64,000 bases of DNA from an uncultured Chloroflexia bacterium. Its GTDB lineage: Bacteria; Chloroflexota; Limnocylindria; Limnocylindrales; CSP1-4. The stretch covers positions 256,001 to 320,000 of the forward strand of contig CAVVYR010000008.1 of NCBI GenBank assembly GCA_963752475.1, in the 5' to 3' direction. The position numbers and the translations under genes were made by a program. Of this stretch, positions 1-8,619 are shown piece by piece. The notes beneath the pieces are model-generated. The model saw only the letters and a program-made list of their open reading frames with translations. It was not told where the DNA came from and made no database searches. Every line of letters begins with the position of its first letter. Within the stretch, counting starts at the first letter, position 1.

Positions 1-273
1 GTAGAAGACGCACTGGTTGAAGCGCGCCGAGAGGCAGACATCGGTGACGTAGCCGGCGTCGAGGTGGACCCCACCGCGGACCTGGCAGCGCGCGATCGTG
101 GCGTCCTGGCGCATGTACGCCTTGAGCAGGTGCGGGGTCTGGACCGGGATCGGGCCACGCGGACCGGTCATGTAGAAGTGCGGGCAGACGTTGCGTCGCA
201 GGTTGGGCAGCCCGAAAGGGACACCGGGCCGAAGTGCGGCCAGCTGCGTCGAGGCCACGTCAGCGCTGGGCAT
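1..273 (-). CDS. Small Cys-rich hypothetical protein, runs off the left edge (not in ORF track)
   Basis: Manual translation from ATG at 273: MPSADVAS...NVCPHFY...ARCQVRGG...DVCLSARFNQCVFY; open to position 1. Confidence 0.6.
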   Translation of the reverse strand, partial: MPSADVASTQLAALRPGVPFGLPNLRRNVCPHFYMTGPRGPIPVQTPHLLKAYMRQDATIARCQVRGGVHLDAGYVTDVCLSARFNQCVFY

Positions 274-452
274 CCGGGGTGTCACCCGGGCGATAGGGCC
301 TGGCGGCGGCGGCGGCGGCGTGCTTCCGATCGAGTGCGACCGCGATCCGCGATCCCGACTCGATGGCACTCCACGCTGGTTCGATGTCAAACGGTCCCCT
401 CTACAAGACGCCCCCACTGGTATTCCGCGTTAGCGTGCCACAATCTGACTGG

Positions 453-1646
453 ATGGACGACGTCACTTCTCGGCCTCGCTCGACCAGTCGCCGCATGGCT
501 TCGGCCAAGAGCGGCGGGACGACGCGACGCGCAAGCTCGAGCCGCAGCTCCAAGAAGAAGCAGGAGCCGGAGGTCTCGCCCGCCCGCTGGGCTGGCGTGG
601 CGCTCGTCATCGCCGCCATCGTGGGCGCCATCTTCCTGGCCATGATCAGCCCCAGCGATCCCGGCGAGGAGCTACCTCCACAGGCCGGAGCCGCAGCCGA
701 CACCGACGCTGGCACAGATGGCGAGGACGGTCCCGCCCCCAGCCCCAGCGCGACGGTCGTCGACGTGCCCGTGCCGGTGCTCAGGCCGGTCATCACCAAT
801 CCGGGAAACGGAACGCTCACTCCGGAGATCGAGATCGCCGTGAGTGTCGACATCCCCGAGGACGTGGCCGTGCCCAAGAAGCACCTCGACCTCTACGTCT
901 ACGCCGGCAACGAGATCACCACCCTGGAGAAGCCCAAGCCGGGCACGACCGTGAAGGTGCAGGGAGTGCGGTTGCTACCCGGCGAGAACACGCTGACTGC
1001 GGCGCTGGGCAGCCCGGCCGGGCCCGGTCCGGTCTCGGACCCCGTCGTGGTCACGCTCGACGAGGACGCTCCACGCCTCACCATCGACTCGCCCAAGAAC
1101 AAGTTCGAGACCTACGAGAACGGCGTGACCGTCGAGTTCAGTTCCGAGGTCGGGGCCCGGGTGCGCATCCGGAACGAGGCCAACAAGTTCGACCAGCCCG
1201 AGCAGACGGTGAACTCGAGCGGAGAAGGCTCGATCCTGGTGCCGCTGAAGCGCGGTGTGAAGAACCAGATCGTGGCCACCTCGGTGGACCAGGCCGGGCA
1301 GCTCCAGGAGGCATCGGTGAACGTCTGGCGCATCGATGGACGGCCCAATGTCAAGCTCAAGTTCCCCGCATCGGTGGATCCGCCCGACGAGATCCGCATC
1401 GTGGCCGAGGTGACCGATACCGATCGCAAGCCGATGTCCGATGCGGAGGTGCACTTCAACCTGGGCGGCCCCAACCGCACGACCCTGTCGGAGACCCGGG
1501 AGACGAATGACAAGGGCCGTGCCGTGTGGGTCGTCGAGGTCGAGGGCAGCAGCTCGCCGGCGGACTCGCTCGAGCTGGGCGTCGTGGTCATCTCGTCCAC
1601 GACCGGCGACAAGAAGTCGCTCGTGCGCAACATCGCCCTCAAGTAG
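453..1646 (+). CDS. Membrane-anchored protein with Ig-like/beta-rich extracytoplasmic domains
   Basis: Basic N-tail, one TM (WAGVALVIAAIVGAIFLAMI), Pro/Thr linker, LxxGxN Ig-like motifs (LLPGENTL, LKRGVKNQI); start uncertain (453 or slightly later). Confidence 0.7.
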   Translation: MDDVTSRPRSTSRRMASAKSGGTTRRASSSRSSKKKQEPEVSPARWAGVALVIAAIVGAIFLAMISPSDPGEELPPQAGAAADTDAGTDGEDGPAPSPSATVVDVPVPVLRPVITNPGNGTLTPEIEIAVSVDIPEDVAVPKKHLDLYVYAGNEITTLEKPKPGTTVKVQGVRLLPGENTLTAALGSPAGPGPVSDPVVVTLDEDAPRLTIDSPKNKFETYENGVTVEFSSEVGARVRIRNEANKFDQPEQTVNSSGEGSILVPLKRGVKNQIVATSVDQAGQLQEASVNVWRIDGRPNVKLKFPASVDPPDEIRIVAEVTDTDRKPMSDAEVHFNLGGPNRTTLSETRETNDKGRAVWVVEVEGSSSPADSLELGVVVISSTTGDKKSLVRNIALK

Positions 1647-1661
1647 CGGCGGGCCCTGCCC

Positions 1662-2222
1662 TCAGCGGAACCAGCGCCCCCGGCGTCGCTGCACCTTGGT
1701 CGTGAGCCGCTTCCCCGGCTCGACCGCTGGTGCCTCGAGCAGGCGGTCTTCGTCCGGTGGCACCCAGGCCGCTCGGCCGGCGGTCTCGAGGTCCGGCTTG
1801 GTGCGCCCGGATCGGTATGTGGACGGGTTCGCCCGGACCGCGCCATCGGGCATCTCGCGGATAGCCGATCTGGTCCGAACCGGCTGAGCGGGTTCGGCCG
1901 CCATGGCCGCGGGCACCGGCTCGAGCTCAGGGAAGAGCCCGTCGCTCGCGCTCTTCTCCACTGTCCCGGTCTGGCCGGTCGCGGGCTCCCAGCACGACCG
2001 GGAATCGGAGGCGGAGATGAGCGCGCCCGTCGGGTCGTCGGTGCAGGTGCCCAGCCCGGCGGCTACCGACGGCTGATACGAGCGGCACGACTGGCACGTT
2101 CGCACCGGCGTCGAACAACGCCAACAGCGCGCCGCTCGAGCCTGGACCGTGTGGCACTCAGGACAGCGCCACGTGGGCTCGGACGTGACTTCGCTGGCGC
2201 TGCGGCTCAACCGGGCGGGCAC
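1662..2222 (-). CDS. Zinc-ribbon-like hypothetical protein
   Basis: CPEC, CWRC, CQSC plus two further Cys; start overlaps the kinase 3' end. Confidence 0.65.
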   Translation of the reverse strand: MPARLSRSASEVTSEPTWRCPECHTVQARAARCWRCSTPVRTCQSCRSYQPSVAAGLGTCTDDPTGALISASDSRSCWEPATGQTGTVEKSASDGLFPELEPVPAAMAAEPAQPVRTRSAIREMPDGAVRANPSTYRSGRTKPDLETAGRAAWVPPDEDRLLEAPAVEPGKRLTTKVQRRRGRWFR

Positions 2223-4030
2223 GGATCCTGCGGGTCAGCCAGCATCAGGTCCACCTTGGCGCCCACGGGCACCGACTCACCCGGCTTGGGCAGCTGGTCA
2301 TGGACGATCCAGGTCTCCTCCGGCGGCGGATCAGGGTAGGTCGCGCCTACGAGCAAGCCGTCGTCCTCGAGGAGCGTGCGAGCGGTCGTCAGGTCGAGAC
2401 ACATGAAGTCGCCGACAAGCATCTGCTCCGCGGACGGGAAGGGTGTCGGTTCGAGGGTGAAGATCGGGGTCGGCTCTGCGGTCACGGCCGGACTCTCGAC
2501 CGGTTCCGAGGTGGCATCGCTGTCAGGGCCCAGCGAGACGGTGTAGTCGACGGTCGTGCCGCGGGTCGTGGACGAGCCGGCCCGTGGGTCGGTCGAGACG
2601 ACGTAGCCCTCAGGCAGCTCATCGGGGGCGGTGAAACGCTCTCCGGCGAAGAGCCCCGACTCCTCCAGCTGCGTGATGACCACGTCCTCCTTGATGCCGT
2701 GCACATCAGGCACCACCACTGTCTCTACCTGCGTGGCCACGGTGACCTGCACCGTCGTGCCTGCCGGGATCTCCGTCTTGGGCTCGGGTAGCTGTTCGAT
2801 GACGCGGCCAGCCGCCACCTCGTCAGTCTCGTGATACGTGATCTCCAGGACCACGCCCCGGTTGTCGGCACGCCTGACGGCGTCGACCTCGCGCAGATCG
2901 ATGAAGTTGGGGGTGCTCACCAGCTCCAGGGTCGGCTCGGGCGTCGGGCTCGGCGTCGGCTGTTCGTCGCCGATGCCGCTGAAGAGCAGGAAGAGGAGGA
3001 TGCCCGAGGCCACGATGACGAGCAGGCCCAGACCTGCCGCCAGCCAGCCCCAGGGGCCTGAACCCGAGCGTTCGGGGTCGGCGGGCGCGGTCGCTGACAC
3101 GTAGGCCGTCTGCGTCGGCGGGCGGGGCGTGCCCGGGAGGGGTGACATGCCGGGTGGACCGGCGGCACCGGCGGCAGCGCCGGCGGCGGCCAGGGCCGCG
3201 GCGCCAGAGGGGTCGGTACGGAAGCGGGCCAGCGCGGTCGCGAGCTCGGCGGCGGACGGGCGGGCGGCGGGATCGACCGCCAGGCACCAGCGCACGATGG
3301 CATCGAGGGCCGGAGGCACCTCAGCCCGCACGGCCATGGGCGAGGGCACCCCGCCGCTGAGACGGGCCACAGCCACGGCTGCGGGCGAGTCGCCGGAGAA
3401 GGCCCGCTGGCCGGTGAGCATCTCGTACATCACCAGGCCCAGCGAGTAGATGTCGGAGGCGGCGGTGGCGCTGTCGCCACGGGCTTGCTCGGGGCTGAAG
3501 TAGAGCACGCTGCCCAAGGTGATGCCTGTGGCGGTGACGGGCGATCCCGCGGCGGCCTGGACGATGCCGAAGTCGGCCACCTGCACGCGGCCGTCAGGCG
3601 AGAGCAGGATGTTGCTGGGCTTGATGTCGCGATGGACCAGGCGAGCGTCGTGAGCGGCTGCGAGAGCATCGGCCACCTGCTGGCCCATGTTGGCCACTGC
3701 GGTCGGTGGCAGGCGGCCCTTCTTGCCAAGGGCGGAGGCCAGGTCGCCGCCGGAGACCTGCTCCATGACGATATAGGGGCCAGCCCGATCGTTGCCGTAG
3801 TCGTAGACCTGGACGATGTTGGGATGGCTCAGCGAGGCGGCGGCTTGTGCCTCGTGCTCGAACCGCGCGACGAACTGGGCATCGGCGCCGAACTCCGGCC
3901 GCAGCACCTTGACCGCGACCTCGCGCCCGAGCTTGGCGTCGGTGGCGCGGAAGATGGTGGCCATGCCGCCTTGTCCCAGGACCTGGTCCAGGCGGTAGCG
4001 ACCTCCGAGGAGCGTGCCAAGCTCAGCCAC
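2207..4030 (-). CDS. pknB: Ser/Thr protein kinase with TM and three PASTA domains (PknB/Stk1 family)
   Basis: LGQGGMA, VAVK, HRDIKPSN, DFG and SPEQ motifs; TM helix; PASTA repeats (GRVIEQLPEP, GYVVSTDPRAG, VHDQLPKPG). Confidence 0.93.
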   Translation of the reverse strand: MAELGTLLGGRYRLDQVLGQGGMATIFRATDAKLGREVAVKVLRPEFGADAQFVARFEHEAQAAASLSHPNIVQVYDYGNDRAGPYIVMEQVSGGDLASALGKKGRLPPTAVANMGQQVADALAAAHDARLVHRDIKPSNILLSPDGRVQVADFGIVQAAAGSPVTATGITLGSVLYFSPEQARGDSATAASDIYSLGLVMYEMLTGQRAFSGDSPAAVAVARLSGGVPSPMAVRAEVPPALDAIVRWCLAVDPAARPSAAELATALARFRTDPSGAAALAAAGAAAGAAGPPGMSPLPGTPRPPTQTAYVSATAPADPERSGSGPWGWLAAGLGLLVIVASGILLFLLFSGIGDEQPTPSPTPEPTLELVSTPNFIDLREVDAVRRADNRGVVLEITYHETDEVAAGRVIEQLPEPKTEIPAGTTVQVTVATQVETVVVPDVHGIKEDVVITQLEESGLFAGERFTAPDELPEGYVVSTDPRAGSSTTRGTTVDYTVSLGPDSDATSEPVESPAVTAEPTPIFTLEPTPFPSAEQMLVGDFMCLDLTTARTLLEDDGLLVGATYPDPPPEETWIVHDQLPKPGESVPVGAKVDLMLADPQDPCPPG

Positions 4031-4078
4031 GCGGGTCGCCCCCGCGTGCGTTGCTGTGACCGACGTCCTCGGCCCGGG

Positions 4079-4954
4079 TCACTGCAGGTCGATCCCCGCC
4101 AGGTAGTCGCGGAACTCGCCCCCGATGTCTTCGCGGTCGATGGCCAGCTGGACGGAGGCCTTGAGCCAGCCCATGGTCGTGCCGGCGTCGTGCCGTGTGC
4201 CCTCGAAGGCGTAGGAGAAGACCTCCTGCTCCTTCATCAGGGCCTCGATGGCATCGGTCAGCTGGATCTCGCCACCAGTTCCGGCCTGCGTCTGCTCCAG
4301 CTTCTCGAAGATCTTGGGCGTCAGCACGTAGCGGCCGATGATGGCCTTGTTGCTGGGTGGGTCGGCCTGTGGCTTCTCGACCATGCCGCGGATACGGTTG
4401 AGGCGGTCGTCCGAGTCGGTCCACTGGTCGTCGATGTCGACCACGCCGTAGCGACGTGTCTCGTCGTAGGGCACCTCCATCACCGCCAGCGTGGAGCCGC
4501 CGGTGTGCTGGTAGGCGTCGATGAGCTGGCCGATGCACGAGCGCTCCGCCTGCACCACGTCATCGGAGAGGATGACCGCGAAGGGCTCGTGGCCCACCAG
4601 CTCCTTGGCCATCAGCACCGCGTGCCCGAGGCCCAGTTGCTCCTTCTGGCGCACATAGCTGACCTGCGCCATGTCGCCGATCTGGCGCACTCGGCGCAGC
4701 ATCTCGATATCGCCCTTGGTCTCGAGCAGGTGCTCGAGTTCGAAGCTGTGGTCGAAATGGTCTTCGATCGCTCGCTTCTGGCTGCTGGTGACGATGATGA
4801 CCTGCTCGATCCCGGCGGCCACGGCCTCCTCGACCGCGTACTGGATGACCGGCTTGTCCACCAGCGGCAGCATCTCCTTGGGCTGTGCCTTAGTGGCGGG
4901 TAGGAAACGGGTCCCCCAGCCTGCGGCCGGGAACACTGCCTTGCGAACGCGCAT
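4079..4954 (-). CDS. galU: UTP--glucose-1-phosphate uridylyltransferase
   Basis: KAVFPAAGWGTRFLPATKAQPKEMLP, QLGLGHAV, VEKP, GEIQLTDA. Confidence 0.96.
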   Translation of the reverse strand: MRVRKAVFPAAGWGTRFLPATKAQPKEMLPLVDKPVIQYAVEEAVAAGIEQVIIVTSSQKRAIEDHFDHSFELEHLLETKGDIEMLRRVRQIGDMAQVSYVRQKEQLGLGHAVLMAKELVGHEPFAVILSDDVVQAERSCIGQLIDAYQHTGGSTLAVMEVPYDETRRYGVVDIDDQWTDSDDRLNRIRGMVEKPQADPPSNKAIIGRYVLTPKIFEKLEQTQAGTGGEIQLTDAIEALMKEQEVFSYAFEGTRHDAGTTMGWLKASVQLAIDREDIGGEFRDYLAGIDLQ

Positions 4955-5101
4955 CGATCCTCCATGCGTGTGGCCGGGCCACTCCCGGGTCTTGGGCTGT
5001 CGGTGCGAGTGTCTCCGACGCGAATAGAGGCGAGTGTAGCGCGGACCCGCTGACCGCTCAGGGGTCGGCAGTCACCTCTTGAGTGGACCGCTCGGACGGT
5101 C

Positions 5102-6067
5102 CTACTCGGTAGCGGGCGGCGAGATCGGCCGGGGACGCGACACGGGCATCATCTGGACCAGCGCGGCACCGACCAGCACCAGCAGCCCGCCGGCCAACTG
5201 CACCACCGTTGGCTGCTCGGCGAGCAGGAGGGCGGCAAGGAAGGCGCCGGTGACAGGTTCGACCAGCATCAGCACCGCGCCGCGGGTGGCCCCGATGCGA
5301 CGGTAGCCGGCGATGATGAGCACGGCCGGGATCGCGGCGCCGACGATGCCTGCAGTGAGGATGAGGATCGGGGCTTCGGCCGTACCGAGTGGATCCGTGA
5401 TGGTGTGCCCCTGCCCCAGCACGACCAGCAGCGGCACCAGGAACAAGGCGTAGATGGCAGCCGAGAACGTGCGCAGCGTCGCGGCTGACTGGAGCGCGGG
5501 CACGGACCGGAACCCGCCGGTCCCGACCAGTGCGAAGCCGGTCTGGCAGAGCGAAGCCACCAGGGCGAGCCCGACACCGATGAGGTCGATGCCACCATCG
5601 CCCTCGGTGGGTGCGGCCAGCAGCATCACCAAGCCCAGGCCCGAGAGCGTGATGGCCGCGATCCTGCGTCCGCCCAGGTGCTCCCCGAAGAGCGGTACGG
5701 CCGCGATCGCCACCCAAGCGGGAAACGTGTAGAAGACGATGAGCGCGGCGGCGATGGTCGTACGCTCGAAGGCGAAGAAGAGCGAGATGGTGGTGCCGGC
5801 CACGAAGCCGCCCATGACCAGCAGCTGGACCCACTCCCGGCGCGGGATATCGCGCAGGTTCGTGAAGGGCACTCGCCGCAGGGCCACACCGACAGCGAGG
5901 AAGGCCAGCAGGGCCATGAACGAGGCAGTCGCACGCCAGAAGGCGAACGAGACGGCCGTGAAACCGACGTCCGACGCGAAGCGGGCCAGGGGGCCGAGCG
6001 TGCCGAAGCCCATGGCGGCGATGACGATGAACACGACGCCGACCGGGTCGGGGCGATCGCGGTTCAG
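5102..6067 (-). CDS. EamA/DMT family transporter
   Basis: About 10 TM in two repeats, YTFPAWV and EPVTG motifs; probable CTG start overlapping the upstream TGA. Confidence 0.88.
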   Translation of the reverse strand: MNRDRPDPVGVVFIVIAAMGFGTLGPLARFASDVGFTAVSFAFWRATASFMALLAFLAVGVALRRVPFTNLRDIPRREWVQLLVMGGFVAGTTISLFFAFERTTIAAALIVFYTFPAWVAIAAVPLFGEHLGGRRIAAITLSGLGLVMLLAAPTEGDGGIDLIGVGLALVASLCQTGFALVGTGGFRSVPALQSAATLRTFSAAIYALFLVPLLVVLGQGHTITDPLGTAEAPILILTAGIVGAAIPAVLIIAGYRRIGATRGAVLMLVEPVTGAFLAALLLAEQPTVVQLAGGLLVLVGAALVQMMPVSRPRPISPPATE

Positions 6068-7125
6068 GATTCGGTCGCTTCCTGGACCTCGGTGTGGCGC
6101 GCCCAGAGGACCTTGTCCGTGAAGGGCACCCGGATCTCGCTCATGATCTCGGTCGAGACCAGGAACCCCGCCAACAGGAAGAGCACGCTGAAGAGCTTGC
6201 CCAATTGGAACCACTCGGTCGTGCCGAAGCGGTTGAGGCTATCGGTCACCGCGGGGATGAAGGCACCGATGGCGATGAGCAGCGTGGCCGGCACGCGGCT
6301 GTTGATCCTGCCCGTGAAGAGCGCGACCAGCGCGCCCGGCAGCGAAGCCACGAAGTTGACCACGATGGCCACGGGCGCGATGAGCAGGTTGAACAGGAAC
6401 TGGTCACCCGCCTGGTTGGGGTCGATGTCGTAGGTCAGCACACGCTTCTTGGGCATGAACACATAGGCGCTGAACACCGCGCCCAGGATGAGTGCGAAAG
6501 CGCCGGTGACGTTCATGAACGGGGTCAGCAGACGCAGCTCCGGCGGCAGGATCGAAGCGACGGGCACGCCGGTCTCGGGATCGAGCGCGTAACCAGGCGC
6601 GGGCAGGTCGGACAGGACCAGGAGCACGATCGAGAGCACGGTGGCGCCGGCGACGGCCACGAAGGCCATCCACGGCCAGCGCCAGTTCTGGAAGTACGTC
6701 TCGACCGAGACCGCCAACGCCAACACCAGCGCGACGAGGAAGTAGAGCATGGCCGTGGTGCTGGCGTCGGCGTAGACCTCCGGATCGGCGCGGGCGGTCA
6801 GGAAGGTGAAGAGGCCGGCGAAGAAGAGGCACACGGCGAAGGCGAAGCCGAAGCGCGTGCGACCCAGCAGGAAGGCGTTGCCGAGACCCAGCCATCCGGC
6901 GGTCCAGACCGCGCCGGTGAGGTACCAGTTGACGTAGATCGTCTCGTTCCATCCGGCCGCGGCCGCGATGGCCTCACACGCCACCGCCACACCGAAGAAG
7001 AGGATGCCCAGGGCCCAGATGGCCTGGTAGCCACGACGGCGGGTCCGCCACTGGTCGATGAGCAGGACGAAGAAGATGATGGCGAGAGCAGCGGTTAGCG
7101 CCGGGAGCCAGACGTTCGCGTCCAT
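6064..7125 (-). CDS. Polytopic membrane protein of unknown function
   Basis: 353-aa ORF with about 9-10 hydrophobic segments, co-oriented with neighbours. Confidence 0.8.
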   Translation of the reverse strand: MDANVWLPALTAALAIIFFVLLIDQWRTRRRGYQAIWALGILFFGVAVACEAIAAAAGWNETIYVNWYLTGAVWTAGWLGLGNAFLLGRTRFGFAFAVCLFFAGLFTFLTARADPEVYADASTTAMLYFLVALVLALAVSVETYFQNWRWPWMAFVAVAGATVLSIVLLVLSDLPAPGYALDPETGVPVASILPPELRLLTPFMNVTGAFALILGAVFSAYVFMPKKRVLTYDIDPNQAGDQFLFNLLIAPVAIVVNFVASLPGALVALFTGRINSRVPATLLIAIGAFIPAVTDSLNRFGTTEWFQLGKLFSVLFLLAGFLVSTEIMSEIRVPFTDKVLWARHTEVQEATES

Positions 7126-7141
7126 CGGGTCCTATTGGCCT

Positions 7142-7519
7142 CTAGGCCGGGATGAACTCGTGATCCTCGCGGTGGTTACCGTCGCAGAGGCCCCAGGCCG
7201 GGGGGTCGACGGGCAGCGGCGTGGGTCGCATGAGCTCACGAACTTCGGAGAGTCGGCAAACGTAGTGTCCGCGGCCCTGTGCCCAGGCACGGAAGCACTC
7301 GTCCTTCGCGTGGAATTGGTGCGGACCCGGGTTGATCGTGGCCTGCTCCGCCCAGCTGGGCGCGGCCTCGCGCGCGACGTTGTCCATGACGCTGACACGG
7401 AAGGGCACCCCTTCGATGGGCTGGTTGCAGCCGGCGCAGCGCTTGGCGTCGTTCTCATTGAACACGGTCGGGATCCGGATACCCATGATCCGGCCGCCGC
7501 GGAATCGGGTCGCGGTCAC
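7142..7519 (-). CDS. Small Cys/His-rich putative metal-binding protein
   Basis: CAGC...HQFH...EC...C...CDGNHREDH; TGnTACGAT -10 box 6 nt before the GTG. Confidence 0.72.
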   Translation of the reverse strand: MTATRFRGGRIMGIRIPTVFNENDAKRCAGCNQPIEGVPFRVSVMDNVAREAAPSWAEQATINPGPHQFHAKDECFRAWAQGRGHYVCRLSEVRELMRPTPLPVDPPAWGLCDGNHREDHEFIPA

Positions 7520-7581
7520 GGGCCGATCGTAGCAGAGGGTCCGAGCGATCGAGGCATGGTCTGCCTGTCATCATCGGCGAC

Positions 7582-8619
7582 ATGATCGACGAGGGGGTCC
7601 GGAGGCAGTTCCCGGGCGCGGCCGGCTACCTCGATACCGCCAGCCTGGGCTTGCCGCCACAGCAAGCGGTCGATGCCATGACCGCAGCCATCGCGGAGTG
7701 GCAGGCCGGAACCGCGACCGCGCCCGGCTACGACCACTTCGTGGAGGAGGCACGCTCATCGTTTGCGGAGATGGTCGGCGTAGCACGCTCACAGGTCGCT
7801 GTCGGCGCACAGGTCTCCGCGCTGGTGGCCATGGCCGTGACGGTGCTGGAGCCTGGCTCCCGGGTGCTCGTGCCGGAGGGCGAGTTCACCTCGGTCCTCT
7901 TCCCGTTCCTTACGCGCGAGGACCTGGCCCTCGATGTGGTGACGACGCCGCTCGACCGATTGGCCGAGTCCGTGGACCAAGGCACCGCCCTGGTCGCCTT
8001 CAGCCTCGTCCAGTCCGCTGACGGCTGCGTGGCCGATGACGTCGCCATCCGTGCTGCGGCGGCGTCCGTTGGTGCACTCACGTTGGCCGACGCCACGCAG
8101 GCCGCCGGCTGGCTGCCGTTCAGAGCCGATGACTACGACTTCACCGTCACCGGCGGCTACAAGTGGCTGCTCTGTCCACGTGGCGCTGCGTTCATGACGG
8201 TTAGGCCAGGGTTGCTCGACCGCGTGACACCGCTCTATGCCGGCTGGTACGCGGGCGAGAAGCCGTGGGAGACGATCTACGGACTGCCGTTGCGACTCGC
8301 CGCCGACGCCAGCCGCCTCGACCTCTCACCCGGATGGCTGGCCTGGGTCGGCACCGCCGCCTCGCTGGCGCTGCTCAATGAGGTGGGCGTGCAGGCCATC
8401 CGCACTCACGACATCGGTCTGGCCAACTCGGCGCGAGCCGAGTTGCGGCTTCCGCCCAGCGATTCGTCGATGGTCTCGCTCGAGTTGGACCCCGACTTCG
8501 ACCCCGGCTGTCTCAAGGGACTGCGCACCGCTCTGCGCGCGGGTCGGCTGCGTGCGGGCTTCCACCTCTACAACGACGAGGACGACGTGGGGCGCCTGCT
8601 GGAGGCCCTGCGTGGCTAG
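7582..8619 (+). CDS. Class V PLP-dependent aminotransferase (cysteine desulfurase/selenocysteine lyase-like)
   Basis: YLDTAS, EFTS, DATQAAG, GYKWLLCPRG (PLP Lys), RAGFHLYN. Confidence 0.9.
   Translation: MIDEGVRRQFPGAAGYLDTASLGLPPQQAVDAMTAAIAEWQAGTATAPGYDHFVEEARSSFAEMVGVARSQVAVGAQVSALVAMAVTVLEPGSRVLVPEGEFTSVLFPFLTREDLALDVVTTPLDRLAESVDQGTALVAFSLVQSADGCVADDVAIRAAAASVGALTLADATQAAGWLPFRADDYDFTVTGGYKWLLCPRGAAFMTVRPGLLDRVTPLYAGWYAGEKPWETIYGLPLRLAADASRLDLSPGWLAWVGTAASLALLNEVGVQAIRTHDIGLANSARAELRLPPSDSSMVSLELDPDFDPGCLKGLRTALRAGRLRAGFHLYNDEDDVGRLLEALRG

Noticed and set aside
301-320. (GGC)n run
   Set aside because: Short trinucleotide run expected in high-GC DNA
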